A DNA stretch of 64,000 nucleotides from Perkinsus chesapeaki ATCC PRA-425 (lineage: Eukaryota; Protista; Perkinsozoa), in NCBI GenBank assembly GCA_013115145.1, contig JAAPAO010000133.1:2710-66709 (forward strand), in the 5' to 3' direction. A model generated the notes under the pieces. It was given only the letters and a program-made list of their open reading frames with translations, did no database searches and was not told the DNA's origin. The position numbers were made by a program, and so were the translations under genes. How positions within the stretch are numbered: position 1 is the first letter of the stretch; each line of letters begins with the position of its first letter. Of the stretch, positions 47,889 through 64,000 are shown in pieces.

Positions 47889-49580
47889 ATGTGCTCCGCG
47901 TTCAAGCGGGCTGTCTTCCTGGGAACTAGTTCTGGTATGCCTCAACCAGACAAACGGAACCACAGTGGATTGGCCATACAGCTGTTCAGTGGAAGTTCAG
48001 TAGGACACTGTAGGCCTCTGGCGAATGGGACAGTAATGGGAGTCAGATATTAGTGGACTGCGGGGAGGGAACCGAAATACAGCTGATGAAGTCGAGCGTA
48101 AGGATGTCTCGTATAGATTATATATTTATAACACACCTTCACGGAGACCACTGTTACGGTGTATTTGGTCTGCTGCATTCGATATGTCAAGGAGGGCGTA
48201 CGTTTGGCATTTCTGGACAATGCCAGCAGTGGTCGGCTTAGGTCCTTCTCCGCTGTATATCTACGGTCCCGTAGGGCTGAAAAGAATGATCGACACAGTG
48301 TTTGAGGTCTCTGGTGGATGGCACGGGTAACGATGCGCAACCGCTAGAGAACCTGGGCAGTTTTACAGCGATGGAGGTGTTGTCGTTTGCCCTCCAGACA
48401 TGGTTCAGTCTGAGCCGTTTAATATTTCAGATTCCCGATAGTTGTTACGGAGTTCACGGAGAACGAACATTATGAGCTCTCCTTACCTTACGTGCCCTAC
48501 CTGCGGGAATGCCCTCAGGAAACGCTCGGGCCCATTACGGTCAATGTATGCCCGATGAAGCATCGTATACCAACATTTGGATACGTAAGCACCGGGGCAT
48601 CGAACTTATAAGCGAGCTTTGGAAAATTTCCCCATCAGGTTTTCACCGAGGCCGACCGTCCGGGTGCGCTGGATGCAGCCGCTGCGTCTAAACGAGGTGC
48701 CCATGGTCCCATGTTGGGCTTTCTCAAGGCAGGCGAAGACGTCCGAACCCCTAGCGGTAGCGACAAGCAATAAAGCTTTGATAATCGAAGTGGTGTGGCA
48801 GGTGAGGTCATTTGTTCCAGCGACGTGGTAGCACCTACGATACCGGGGCGGAAAATCGCCGTGATGCAAGACACCTCCGACTGTAAGCCAGACCAGTGGC
48901 TGGCAACTACTAACTTCATAACATTGGTCTCTCAGGCACCACTGCGTTGGGGCACCTCAATGGCTGTGATTTGCTTATACACGAGTGTACTTTCCATAAA
49001 GGGCTCACTGAGAAAGCTCTATCTGTAGACAGTGAGTCACGAAAAGCACTGCTAGAGGTCCTGCTTATCAGACCGGTCATTCAACCGCCGAAATGGCCGG
49101 GAAGGTTGCTCGAATGTGCCAGGCAAAAATCCTGTGTCTGACGCACTTCAGTCCGAGGTGACTTGGCGACATCGGAGCTTTGCACATGCGTCTCCCATTG
49201 GTACGTTAGATATCTTCACGATTCAGAGATCCCACCCAGTCGGGTCTCTAACGCGCTGTTGGACAGAGATGCTGATGCCTTCAGTGGTACCCCTGTTTGC
49301 AGACTTCATAGCATCTTTAGTGTCCGGCAGGTGATTCTGACGAGACATCGGCCTCGACGAGGTCAGTTAGAGGCTCCGCGTCTCGTGTTACTGTTGAGAT
49401 GCTGCAACGGGAAGCCTGTCACTCTGCCAATGTGAGCCAGCCAACCTCCTCAATGAGCCTCAACCATTTGTGATTTTTTTGCTGTAGCACGGGAGAGCCG
49501 ACGGCACTGCTAGCATTCAAGTGCTGATTGCTGAGGACTTCCTCAGTCTTGAGGGCCCCAAGTTTGATCAGCTAAAGTAA
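47889..49580 (+). CDS. Short-form ribonuclease Z (ELAC1/RNase BN-like metallo-beta-lactamase)
   Basis: [35 protein letters not shown]-type flexible arm (PGALD...[11 protein letters not shown]), [22 protein letters not shown] and LTHFSPR. Confidence 0.9.
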
Positions 49581-50417
49581 GGCATTCTTGTGGACGCTCA
49601 CTCTACGCCGCAGCGCAGTTACCGAGACGACTGTCGCAGCAACCCTTGCCCACGAAAACCGGCTAAGGTCCCAAAGCGGAAAGCTCAATTAAGAGACACG
49701 TTCTCTTCATAGCTGGCCCCATGCAGCTGCCGACGCCACGATGCCGTTTTATATACTTAAACCATGTCTCTGCTTTGTACGATCTGTTCCATGTGTGTTC
49801 CTTTGATACTAAAGGTTTTGAGTTTTCCGGTATGTAAACTAATCAGTGGAGCGGCGGCGCCACTAAACGGCGTTAAGAGTTGCAGTCGAGACCCTGCCGT
49901 TCGTTATCACAACCGTGATTAGTGCAGACAGTACAGATCTCTCGAGCCAGTGTATCCGATTATGCATGCGCGGATAGTGAATAACTCGAGGCGATCATCT
50001 GGCGATACTCCAACACAAGTCCCGATATCGCATATGATGATAATGTTGAAGCAGCAGCAACTAAATTTACATGCATTTACTTCCATGGAGTAAGTGCAGG
50101 CAATAATGTTCCTGTATAATATATTATTGATTGGCATAGGACAGTTAATGATCACATACATGTCCGCATTGTTGTTGTTATTATTATCGTCGTCACCGAG
50201 GCAGTACCAAGCGGTATCAGCCTCATTATTGTACTACATGAAGAGAAGGGGGAGGAGGAGGAGAAGGACACATAGAAATAATGATCAGACATATGGGCTA
50301 CATTGAGGGGGGCAGTAGCAAGCAGCAACAGTAGAGCTGACGATGCTACTACGGTGACGAAGAAGAAGAGAAAGAAGAAGGATAAGACAACAATAACAAC
50401 AACTGTTCACATACACC

Positions 50418-55205
<4,788 letters not shown>

Positions 55206-55358
55206 GATGGGGTTAAGCAGGCTTATCAGATTACAGGATCAGTGCAAGGAAGAGCAGGCATATCTCAGGTCGAAGCTAACACTAGACATTGCACTGCTTC
55301 GGCAAGCTTCATGGAAACTTGTCATCACAGGTGTGGTAACACATGCGCCTCCATAAAT

Positions 55359-57848
55359 TCATCCGCCTGCGCTCCGGCCCCCTCCTCCTGCCTTCGTCCG
55401 CAGGCTACTTCTCTTCAAGAAGTCTACCAAACTCTTCTGCATTTTCGGCACTTGAGCATTTCTGTCCGAAACTCTACCGACCATCTCGCACAACATCGGC
55501 GCCCAAATCTCCGACGCGCATTTAATATTCCAATCAGCAACACTCACAAATGTCCCCGGCCCCATATTTTTTATTTTCCTCAGACCTCCTGTGATTGCAG
55601 CGATGAGCAACGGCAGGTGATCGCCGCCGTTCCGAGGCGGAAAACCAGCCAAGGAGGATTTGGAGAGCGATCCGAACTGGCACCCGCCGCTCTCTACATT
55701 GATATAAACGTCAATAGCTCCCCAAGTACTGGGGCTCTCCGGGAAGACAGAACAGTTGAGCTGACATGACAGCAGGCCTACTTCACGGAATTCATCACCG
55801 ACTTTAACAATACCGAACTCATCACCCATTCTCCCACCAATGGCTTCCTTCAATGCTTGTAAGCAACAACACTCCGTCCAACCGGAAAGGTTCATCATCG
55901 CAGTGCTGTTCACCAGGCGAGTGACATTAACGACCCGATCGGTGCCACAGTTCATCTCCGGCTCGCGGCGGACCCTTATCGCAACGGTGACACAATCGAG
56001 CTTGTAGCTTGCCACCGGGTGAGCCGCCGAGGCCTTGAGGGACGGTAAGCCTACTGAAGAAGATATTCCAAGAAGAGCCTGCCTGATGCCTGTCACCTGC
56101 GAGCTTCTGGCCGTTACATTGAAATGATATGGTTGCCTGTGGTGGTGTGAGGAATGATGATGTGAGAGATAGATATTCCCGTAAGGATTGCAGTAGTATA
56201 TCATAGGTCAACTCGGGTGATGATGGTAACTTCACAGACACCTACACAGACACATTTGATAATACGAATAACTGATACTAAACTGTTAGTGGTACAAGAT
56301 GATCATTATAATGTATAGACCAGCAGCAGCAACAACAGCATGATGATGATAATAAACACTGTAACAGCAACTGGAGTCTATTCAAAGAGGAGCTTGGCAC
56401 ATGACAAAGAAGAAGAAGAAGAAGTAGCAGTAGTAGTATTATAAGAATATTGTTGGCCGTTCGATCCGGTCATAGCTCATATTCACCCTCGAGCCCATCA
56501 TCATCTAATCAAGTATCTTAACCCCTAAAAACATTCTCTCCCTCTTCCCATAGTTCTTCTTGCTCCGCCACACAGGACGGGTAAATTTAGGAAATAACAT
56601 TGAGGATTTAACCCAGGGCCTCAAACACTAACTGCTGCTGCTGCTACTACATACAGGCTCGAATATGCACATAAAAAGTGTTTCGGGTGTTCGGATTCGG
56701 CAACTTGGATTCCATGACAAGAGACATTTCTACGGTATATGGCGAAGGCATTGAGTGCAAACTCGCTCTACTTAAGATATAAATCAATTGTCAAGAAGCG
56801 CGCGTTCTAGATGACGCGTACTGTAACTCCTACCTCCGTGGTGAACTCTACAGCTTGCTTCATGTCATCATCCACACACACCTCCCCCACTCTAATGGCA
56901 TCCCCGCCGCCTTCGACCATCAGATCGAACTTGACGACCTTTGAATCTTTACTTACAATTTTGAAACTGGCAAAATGATAATGGATACTTTTATACAGCA
57001 CCACCAACGACTTACTGTATCGGCCCGCAGCCCGCCTGGTGGAGGAATATGACAACGAACTTCAAGCCGAGGCCGAACTTGCCACTGAAACCTCCGAGGA
57101 GCAATAACAAGCAAGTGAAGGAATTACACACACTTTCAGAACAGAAAGTTTCCATGGTAAAAAGGAGCAGCTTCGGGCCGAGCACGTTCAAGTGTCAAAA
57201 ACTGAGCAGCAAAGACATTCCATGACGCCTGTGGACAATTGTGATGTTTATATATAAAGTAGATACGTGCAACATCTTTCTGACTGGTTATTTCTTAATA
57301 AATATTTAAGCTTTTTTCTGGCTTTTCTTTATAAGCACGGCAAATTATGGAAATTATCTCCTTCCCCCCTGATACGCCCCTTGAGGGCCGAACGACTTTA
57401 GTAGTGTGGAAGAGGATATAATACAGAGGTTATTAGAAATGGATATCGTGGTGAGGTTCAAGTAGGTAACTTACCAGAGCCGGTCGCCTTGGTCGACGAG
57501 AACATATTCTGAATACTTTCAACCTCTTCCGGGGTGATGCCAGGTCCTCCAAAGTCAGTGCAGACAAACCGAGTAATGTCACCCTCATTGATCAGCTCCA
57601 CGGTAACTCTAGAAGAGTCTACGCCAGGCCATCCTGCTATCGACAGCACTGAGGACAGCGGGGAAGAGCAAGGCCATCTCACCGTGGGAGCGGCATGCGT
57701 CCATGGCATTGTCGACAATTTCCTTTATTACTAGGAAGACACTCTTATTGCTTATTTTATCACCGCCACACAGAGCCATCCCATGCCGCATGAACCAGGA
57801 TGGTAGCGATGGTTCAGCACTTGTGGAACGAATATGAGGCACCACCAT
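55359..57848 (-). CDS. DNA topoisomerase VI subunit B-like (GHKL ATPase + transducer)
   Basis: KSVFLVIKEIVDNAMDAC (N box), TDFGGPGI (G1), MFSSTK, GKFGLGLK (G2), EYLSLTSSFLTPPQATISF, and transducer-like VYINVESGGCQFGSLSKSSLA...LIAAITGGLRKIK. Confidence 0.75.
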
Positions 57849-58465
57849 TCGAACTGAGTAGATGATGGGAGTTGCACAATGTAGCTGGACACAAACAAGC
57901 AATACAAAGTAGCTGCTGCCATTTTTAGATACAGTGGCATCATCTACAGGGTCCCGAAAAATGTGCTTAGAATAGCTTTTTCAGGACGGCGGTGACCATT
58001 CCGGCGATCGAAAGCTCCCGAGAGTATCTTTCTGATGTGAATAATCCTAGTGTGGTACTCGATAGGGTTGGCGAGAACTGCTAATTTCAAAGATCGAAGA
58101 AACGGTTTTAATGGAAGAGCTTCGACTTAGCTGATTCATCAGCAAAGTAAAAATGGCTTTACTGCACCGTCTGCGAGAAGGCCACTTTCGAGGGCTTCCG
58201 AACGCAGCAGGTGTCGCCAAAATATTCAGCCTCTTGCAAAAACTATTGAAAAAGCATATTTCCCGGGACAGTCTGTAGACGGGAAATTGATGGCTGAGTG
58301 GAGAGGCGCGTGATGCACAGAAAGATGTTGCGTAGAGGACACTCCTAAACAGTACACTAGAAGGAAGCTTTATTTTAAATACGACAAACGAGATTCTGAA
58401 GCATTAACCATCACTGAACCAAAGACATGAGCAAGTACATCAACATCGAATAAATAGGGGTAGAA

Positions 58466-59539
58466 TCATGGCATGTAATCCTTCCTCAGTTCAATTCTAT
58501 CATCACCAAAGTACAGCACAGGTTTGTTATTCTCCCCACAGAGCCTCATCTCCCTAGGGTTCAACTTTTGTCCGCATTCCTCCGCTGCCTTCTCAAATGA
58601 GCTCTCGGTTATACTGTTAATCTCCATCAACACCATACAGCCCCCCGCATCTCGCTTGAGTGCCAGTGGACCGATTTCGATGCCTCCATCAACCGCAAAG
58701 GTAATCTTAAAAGTGAATCGCCCACCACTACCAGGAGCGCCCTCTCTATTAACGTCGAGGAATACGGGTACCCTGCGGACACCCCAGGAGCCGGACTCGG
58801 CCATTATGTACTTTGCCACTTCCAGGCCATCTGGAAGAGGTAACACCATTATAGGTGGGGGAGGGGGAGCTGGACCGGTGGCCCGTAACCTCATAGCAGG
58901 CCATGGCTGTTGAGGAGAGACGCCTGTAGAACGGATATCATAAACTCGACACGCTATAGCATTTCCATCAACCACCAGCCAAGCTGGAATACCATTATTA
59001 TTAGGTAGACTCAAGCCAAGCTTTAGATATCTCCTTTGGACATGTTCTGCACCGGATACAAGGGCGAAATGACGGTATGCCGGCGACCCTCGTCCACCAC
59101 TACCATCTTGCTCCGAGGGAGGGTTTTCATCACGTTGAACCAATTTCCACTGGTATGGAGGAGGCTGGGTAGATATTTGTATTGATTCAATATTCTGACC
59201 ATATGATAGTATCCTCAACCACACTTCCGCTTCATGACATTGGTATAACCTTTCCACCATAGAGGTTGACGGCGGCCTTCCCCCCGCATGACCCTGCCGT
59301 GGACGTCGGGGCTCGGGTGCAGCACTCAATATATAATTTATCGTGTTGAAAGCGCATAGAAAGCGATAGAGAAGAGCACAACGCATATGAAAGGGATTAG
59401 AATGAGACGGCGGCCGCAACGGAAATGCTCTTCTTTGCTCGGAGACGGCTAATACATACAACATGGCGAGCGAAAGATACAAGGCCATCGCCGCCGAGTA
59501 GGAGGGTGCATGTACAGAAGTAGTAAGCGCTATGAGCAA
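58466..59539 (-). CDS. Hypothetical protein, possibly secreted
   Basis: 357-aa ORF with a hydrophobic N-terminus, Pro-rich linkers and a beta-rich C-terminal module with Cys residues. No recognised family. Confidence 0.6.
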   Translation of the reverse strand: MLIALTTSVHAPSYSAAMALYLSLAMLYVLAVSEQRRAFPLRPPSHSNPFHMRCALLYRFLCAFNTINYILSAAPEPRRPRQGHAGGRPPSTSMVERLYQCHEAEVWLRILSYGQNIESIQISTQPPPYQWKLVQRDENPPSEQDGSGGRGSPAYRHFALVSGAEHVQRRYLKLGLSLPNNNGIPAWLVVDGNAIACRVYDIRSTGVSPQQPWPAMRLRATGPAPPPPPIMVLPLPDGLEVAKYIMAESGSWGVRRVPVFLDVNREGAPGSGGRFTFKITFAVDGGIEIGPLALKRDAGGCMVLMEINSITESSFEKAAEECGQKLNPREMRLCGENNKPVLYFGDDRIELRKDYMP

Positions 59540-59967
59540 ACGATGGTCCTTCTTCTTGTTGCAGTCAGCTCACATCTTAGGTTACAGTGACCTTGACCAA
59601 CTTACGAGATTGGTAGTATATTACTAGGTGAAGGGTTAGAACGCTGCTGCAGCTGCTGCTCCTCCCCCGTGGCCAATAAACGACATACCACAGTGTTCGG
59701 TAATAATGAATCATGTTTAGACTCTTGCGCTAATATCATCGTACAAATCTCCTGGATTAGCTTCAAGATAGGCTTAGTCCCTTTTATATAGGTAATGCCA
59801 CAAACCGTTTCAGATCATAGTTCTGCTGCTGTCTTATGCAGCTTCCTGACCTCCCTAATACCCTCTACTTCATCCTTGATAACAATTCCCGCTCCCTCCC
59901 CACGACACCCCCTTTAGCACATGATTATCCCAATTAACTCACTAACTCAAAGATTCACATATCACAA

Positions 59968-62705
59968 TCACAACCCGACAGTGCTCATGACTCGCATGGC
60001 AGTGGTGCTGGCGTTGTAGCGTCGAACAGTAGGATCCTGTAGTGCCTGCAGCAATTAGCATGCCCATGATGATGATGCCGCCTTGGCAGCAGTAGCAGCT
60101 ACCTACCCTGTCTTGGCTTTCATCTCCTCGAGGTTATCCGTGGACCCTTCATTCGACTGGAAATACTCATCAGCCGCCACCATATATTTCTGAACAGCCA
60201 TCTTCATCAAACCAGCAGCACACTGTGGGCGCTTATCATCATCATCACCTGTGCCATCGGAAGATCCTTTCCTGTATAAAACTTCATCAACGATAACACG
60301 TATCTGATAACAACTGCTAAGCTCCACCGCCTGCTATACCATCTTTACTGTGTCCTCGCTACATCACTTTCCCTTTCAGAGCCAGCAGCCTGCTGCTGCT
60401 GATGATGATTCAGAATGTGTCCTAATATATCCAAGCATTCATCTAACTCCACGGGTGATAGCGAAACAACAGTCCTATCATAACCTACAACGAGACAAAC
60501 TGCTTGAAAGATGATACTGGGGAATCACACAACGTCGTAATACGGATCCCAAAGGACCAGTTTCATAATACTACTACATACTACTATAACACGAGCAGAT
60601 GGACAAATACTAAACGCGTATCCTCGCTTAGCACTCCTCTACATGGCGGCGGTAAGGCAGCAGCAGCAAACATGATGCACTAGGGCGAGTGGGCGACGCT
60701 CACAATCTTGTGCTCGTTTGTAGAACCAACGATCACTAGTCTATGTACAGGGGCATAGTAAGTGCAGCACTATTGGTTACCAGGTTAATGCGATAATATT
60801 TAGTATTAAACAATATATATGTATAGTAAAGTAGTAAAATATTATTGCATTTCTCTTACCACCACCATCCCTTTTATAGCATCGATCATAAATTACAATG
60901 AAATCGATTATACTATATTACCCTCGCAGCTCGTCTCTATCATCCACTCATATGCACTATATCGCCTATCAATACTAACAGGCCGTCGACCTAGCAGCCC
61001 ACCAGATCTACGAAGTGCCTACACAGCTGTGGTAATAATAATAGCATATCACTCCTTACTATAGGCAACCATTCTCTATTGTCAATGGCATTCTCAAGCC
61101 ATTGTGAATATATCAATATAACCCTACCATAAAAGGACTTTGCCTGACATAAACCATTACACCATAACTCATCTACAACTACACCTTCAATTCCTCTCCC
61201 ATGGCCTGGAACACTCTTCCCATGTGAAAGTAGCACGGTGCTGTTCTAGGATCACTAGGACCAAACCGACCAGATGTTTGATGACAATCTGACCTCTTTA
61301 GTATCTTTCTATCTACTTCACTTTACTACCCTCCGCAAAGGCCCTTAATGCTTCCACATACTTCCCCTGGGCAACATAAAGTCTGCCGAAATTTCTCTGC
61401 ATCGCCGAAACCAGTGCTAGGTGCCCAACTCCTACTTCCACTAATAACAAAGATGACCGCGGCAGTCGTACCAGCGTCCTTGGAGCTCTTCAAAAGTATC
61501 CATTTCCCCAAGCCCAAGAACTCCTCCGTAGCCTGTAGCCTCCCCAGACCTAAATTGCATTCGGCGAGGAGCAGGTAACTGCCTGAAAGGTAGAAATACC
61601 GAATAACAGATTGGGCAGTTTACCAACTAACTCCGTAGATTCTGGGCCATGAACTTCTATAGACAGTTTTAATGACTGCAAAGCTGCCGGTATCGCTAGA
61701 TAATACTCACCTTGCACCTGATCGACATGCATCCATATAACGTGTCTGCAGATAAAAGCGTTGCGCATTCGGAGGCACTAACTCGTAGAGCCTGATGATA
61801 AAGGGTGTTCCAGATGTTCCCTTACTGCCTTTATAAATGCTATAATAATATACACCGTGTAGCCTAGGGACCTACTAAATCCCATATCATCGTTCGTAAG
61901 CCACATTCCATCGGTGCAGTGTAAACTGGTTATAGTCGATTGGGTCCTAGCTCATGTATCCCACCCTTAGTCGGAACTACCTGACGTTCCTCAATCTACG
62001 AGGTTTGGGAACTTCGTCTGCGTTTCAGAAGCGAACAGAACAACAACGGAAAGGGGGCTATACTGTGGTTCTTCCAAAACGACGCAAAGGTCACGCATTA
62101 CTATTTACATAACAATGCCACCAATGGATCAATGAAGCCTATCTAGGCATTCTTAAGCGAAAATAATGCCAATACAAAGCTATAGTATGTTCAGTCAAGC
62201 ACTCATGAGCTTCGACAACGATTCCGTAAACGATTTGCCGCCACTATAAAATCTCCCCCACTTCCCAGCACTTATTCATCGAACACTCCCCGTTCCTATG
62301 AACCAACATATTGCAGCGGCCCCAAGCATTTCCCCAATAACTTTTACTCCAGCATTACCAATGCTCGCTGTGCTGTCTCAGAGCATATCTCTCGGACCTC
62401 TCCCCTGATGCCAATCAATTCTGCCTCACGCTTCCTCCGTTCCTCATCGCTTCCCAACGTCCGTGGCTTCTCCCTCAAAAGGGCCGTGTCCTGACCACAC
62501 CATCGTCGCCAATCTCGCACGATCCACTATCTCGTACCTCTACTATATGTTGCCGTATTCCCCGCCAGTCTTGGTCGAAGTGCTCGGGCCCACAGTAATA
62601 AGTAGGACACTCGTTACATTTCAACTTCGCCTCTTTACCGCAAAGCTCGCACTCGTAGCGAACCCCTCGTGGACGGGATAATGCATTTATTCTTGTGGTG
62701 GACAT
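59968..62705 (-). CDS. ZMYND12: ZMYND12-like (MYND zinc finger + TPR-like; axonemal dynein-associated p38 family)
   Basis: RPRGVRYECELCGKEAKLKCNECPTYYCGPEHFDQDW, LGSDEERRKRE, QGEYYLAIPAALQSLKLSIEVHG, YLLLAECNLGLG, RNFGRLYVAQGKY and PCYFHMGRVF. 3' end approximate. Confidence 0.85.
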
Positions 62706-63144
62706 GAGAAACTACCAACGCTGGGCTCGCTTTGGGGATACAGAGCAAACGGATGGTTAAAGAACAAAGGCTTACCAACCATCTTTACGATAAACGAGTA
62801 AGCAATGCAAAATATACTGTGCGTTTAGCAACAGCTGCTTGTTAGGGTAATATTGTTGACTATTGACCATACAGAATGCTCCCCGAGCGCCAAACTTAAG
62901 GGTTAATTCTACAATAGTATCTTGCAAAATATTGAGCTTCGAGTTTCGGTTTCAGAGATAACGCATTTGGCTCCCATGGGATTGAAGCCTTTGAAACTTC
63001 CACTGATTAAATAATGTAGATCAGGTACCATTACGAATGCCTATTGAAGAATCGGGCAAATGATCGGGAGAATGGGGCTGTATAGTGTAACGGACAAGGA
63101 ATCTTTGCTCAGCGAAAGTGCACGGAACGAGCTTTTTTAGAGAT

Positions 63145-63286
63145 AAAAAGGCGGCCGTGGGAATCGAACCAGGGACCTTCCTGCTGAGTCGCGCTGTCTC
63201 TGTCACGGAGGCTGTGCGGTCCCAACGTATGTGCGCCGGAGTGGTGCTTCTGCCTAAGCCTAAACGCGGGCCTTCGGCCCGCTTTT
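63145..63286 (-). ncRNA. tRNA-like Pol III element (A-box-like, B-box, oligo-T); identity unknown
   Basis: Minus strand: GCGGGCCGAAGGCCCGC hairpin, TTAGGCTTAGGCAG (A-box-like), AGGTCCCTGGTTCGATTCCCA (B box), then GGCCGCC followed by TTTTT. T-stem and acceptor stem are imperfect. Confidence 0.4.
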
Positions 63287-64000
63287 GGTTACTATGGTCA
63301 TGACACATCCCTAGAGGGTTGGGCCATGGTTGGCCTTGCAAAATGCAAGTTGTTATGGGTCATCGAAGACTGGGTTCCTTGTTCAATCCCCACTACTTCC
63401 TTTTTTCCTTCCTAAAATAGATTCGTGCAGTTGCAAGAAAAAAGCGTTTCTGAATATTCCAACTGCGTCCGGGTCTATGGACTTGCGAAGGCTACAGCCG
63501 CTGAACAGTCTTACTCCATACGGGATGCTTGACCGTCGTACAGTGACCGAACATCGAATGCCGCTGGAGAATTGTTCGTCAATTCTTGAGAGGAGGACAA
63601 TCCTCATCAGTGAAGTATTCTGGGACTTGAAGAGCTCACTTCTGCATAACGAAGTACACTTCGTTCTTTATCTTTCGCCCGTGTGAAGTGCGATTTCCGG
63701 TTTTCGAGTTCCGTCATGGTTTAGGTATGGGTTGTTTTCGCTGTCGGGAAGCGAGATCTTACAGCGGCTAACGACAAGCCTTCTCGGCGGCTTTCTCTGA
63801 TGGAATCCTTCAGAAATGGAATTATCCATGGAATCGAGGACAATGTCCTGCTTGCGAATCGTCAGAAAGTAACATTGATATAGTTCCAATTAATTTACAA
63901 TATAGCCTAGTTGTTTTGCGAGGTTGCTCGCATAAAAGATATTCGAAAATTCAGCACACAACTCCGGTCAGGCCGGTCATGTCCGAAACGACTCGAAGTT

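Noticed and set aside
49760-50306. Short ORFs between RNase Z and PLK
   Set aside because: No coherent spliced model or motif. These may be UTR sequence.
56280-56450. CAG/CAT/GAA/TAG trinucleotide runs here and in many spacers
   Set aside because: Ordinary short microsatellites typical of introns, UTRs and low-complexity exons.
63195-63215. ACAGAGA box (minus strand) suggesting U6 snRNA
   Set aside because: The following U6 conserved sequence (AGATTAGCATGG...) is absent.
63266-63286. GC hairpin + TTTT resembling a bacterial rho-independent terminator
   Set aside because: Eukaryotic context with no upstream prokaryotic-type gene. Treated only as part of the Pol III-like candidate.

Overview
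Gene-dense eukaryotic (protist) DNA with many short GT-AG introns. The intron style, composition and gene content suggest a Perkinsus-like alveolate, but that is inference and was not verified. About 24 protein-coding loci are present: a PB1-domain protein (partial), a D-threonine aldolase/DSD1-family PLP enzyme, a MARK/AMPK-like kinase, a GW/WG-rich LOTUS-like protein, a GCFC/PAXBP1-like splicing factor, Rab7, an ABCF ATPase, a TDA3/DAO-type oxidoreductase, BFR1-like, GIGYF-like, MFSD5-like, short-form RNase Z, a Polo-like kinase, Topo VIB-like, ZMYND12 and several hypotheticals. A tRNA-Cys(GCA) is nested antisense inside the kinase gene, and two other tRNA-like Pol III motifs occur elsewhere. 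The standout is an intact, apparently very recent 6.5-kb LTR retrotransposon (23015-29519). It has BEL/Pao-type RT/RNase H motifs but non-canonical AATTC...GAATT termini, a 4-bp TSD, hairpins at both LTR ends and no recognisable TGG-type primer-binding site. Multi-exon gene boundaries were read by eye and are approximate.
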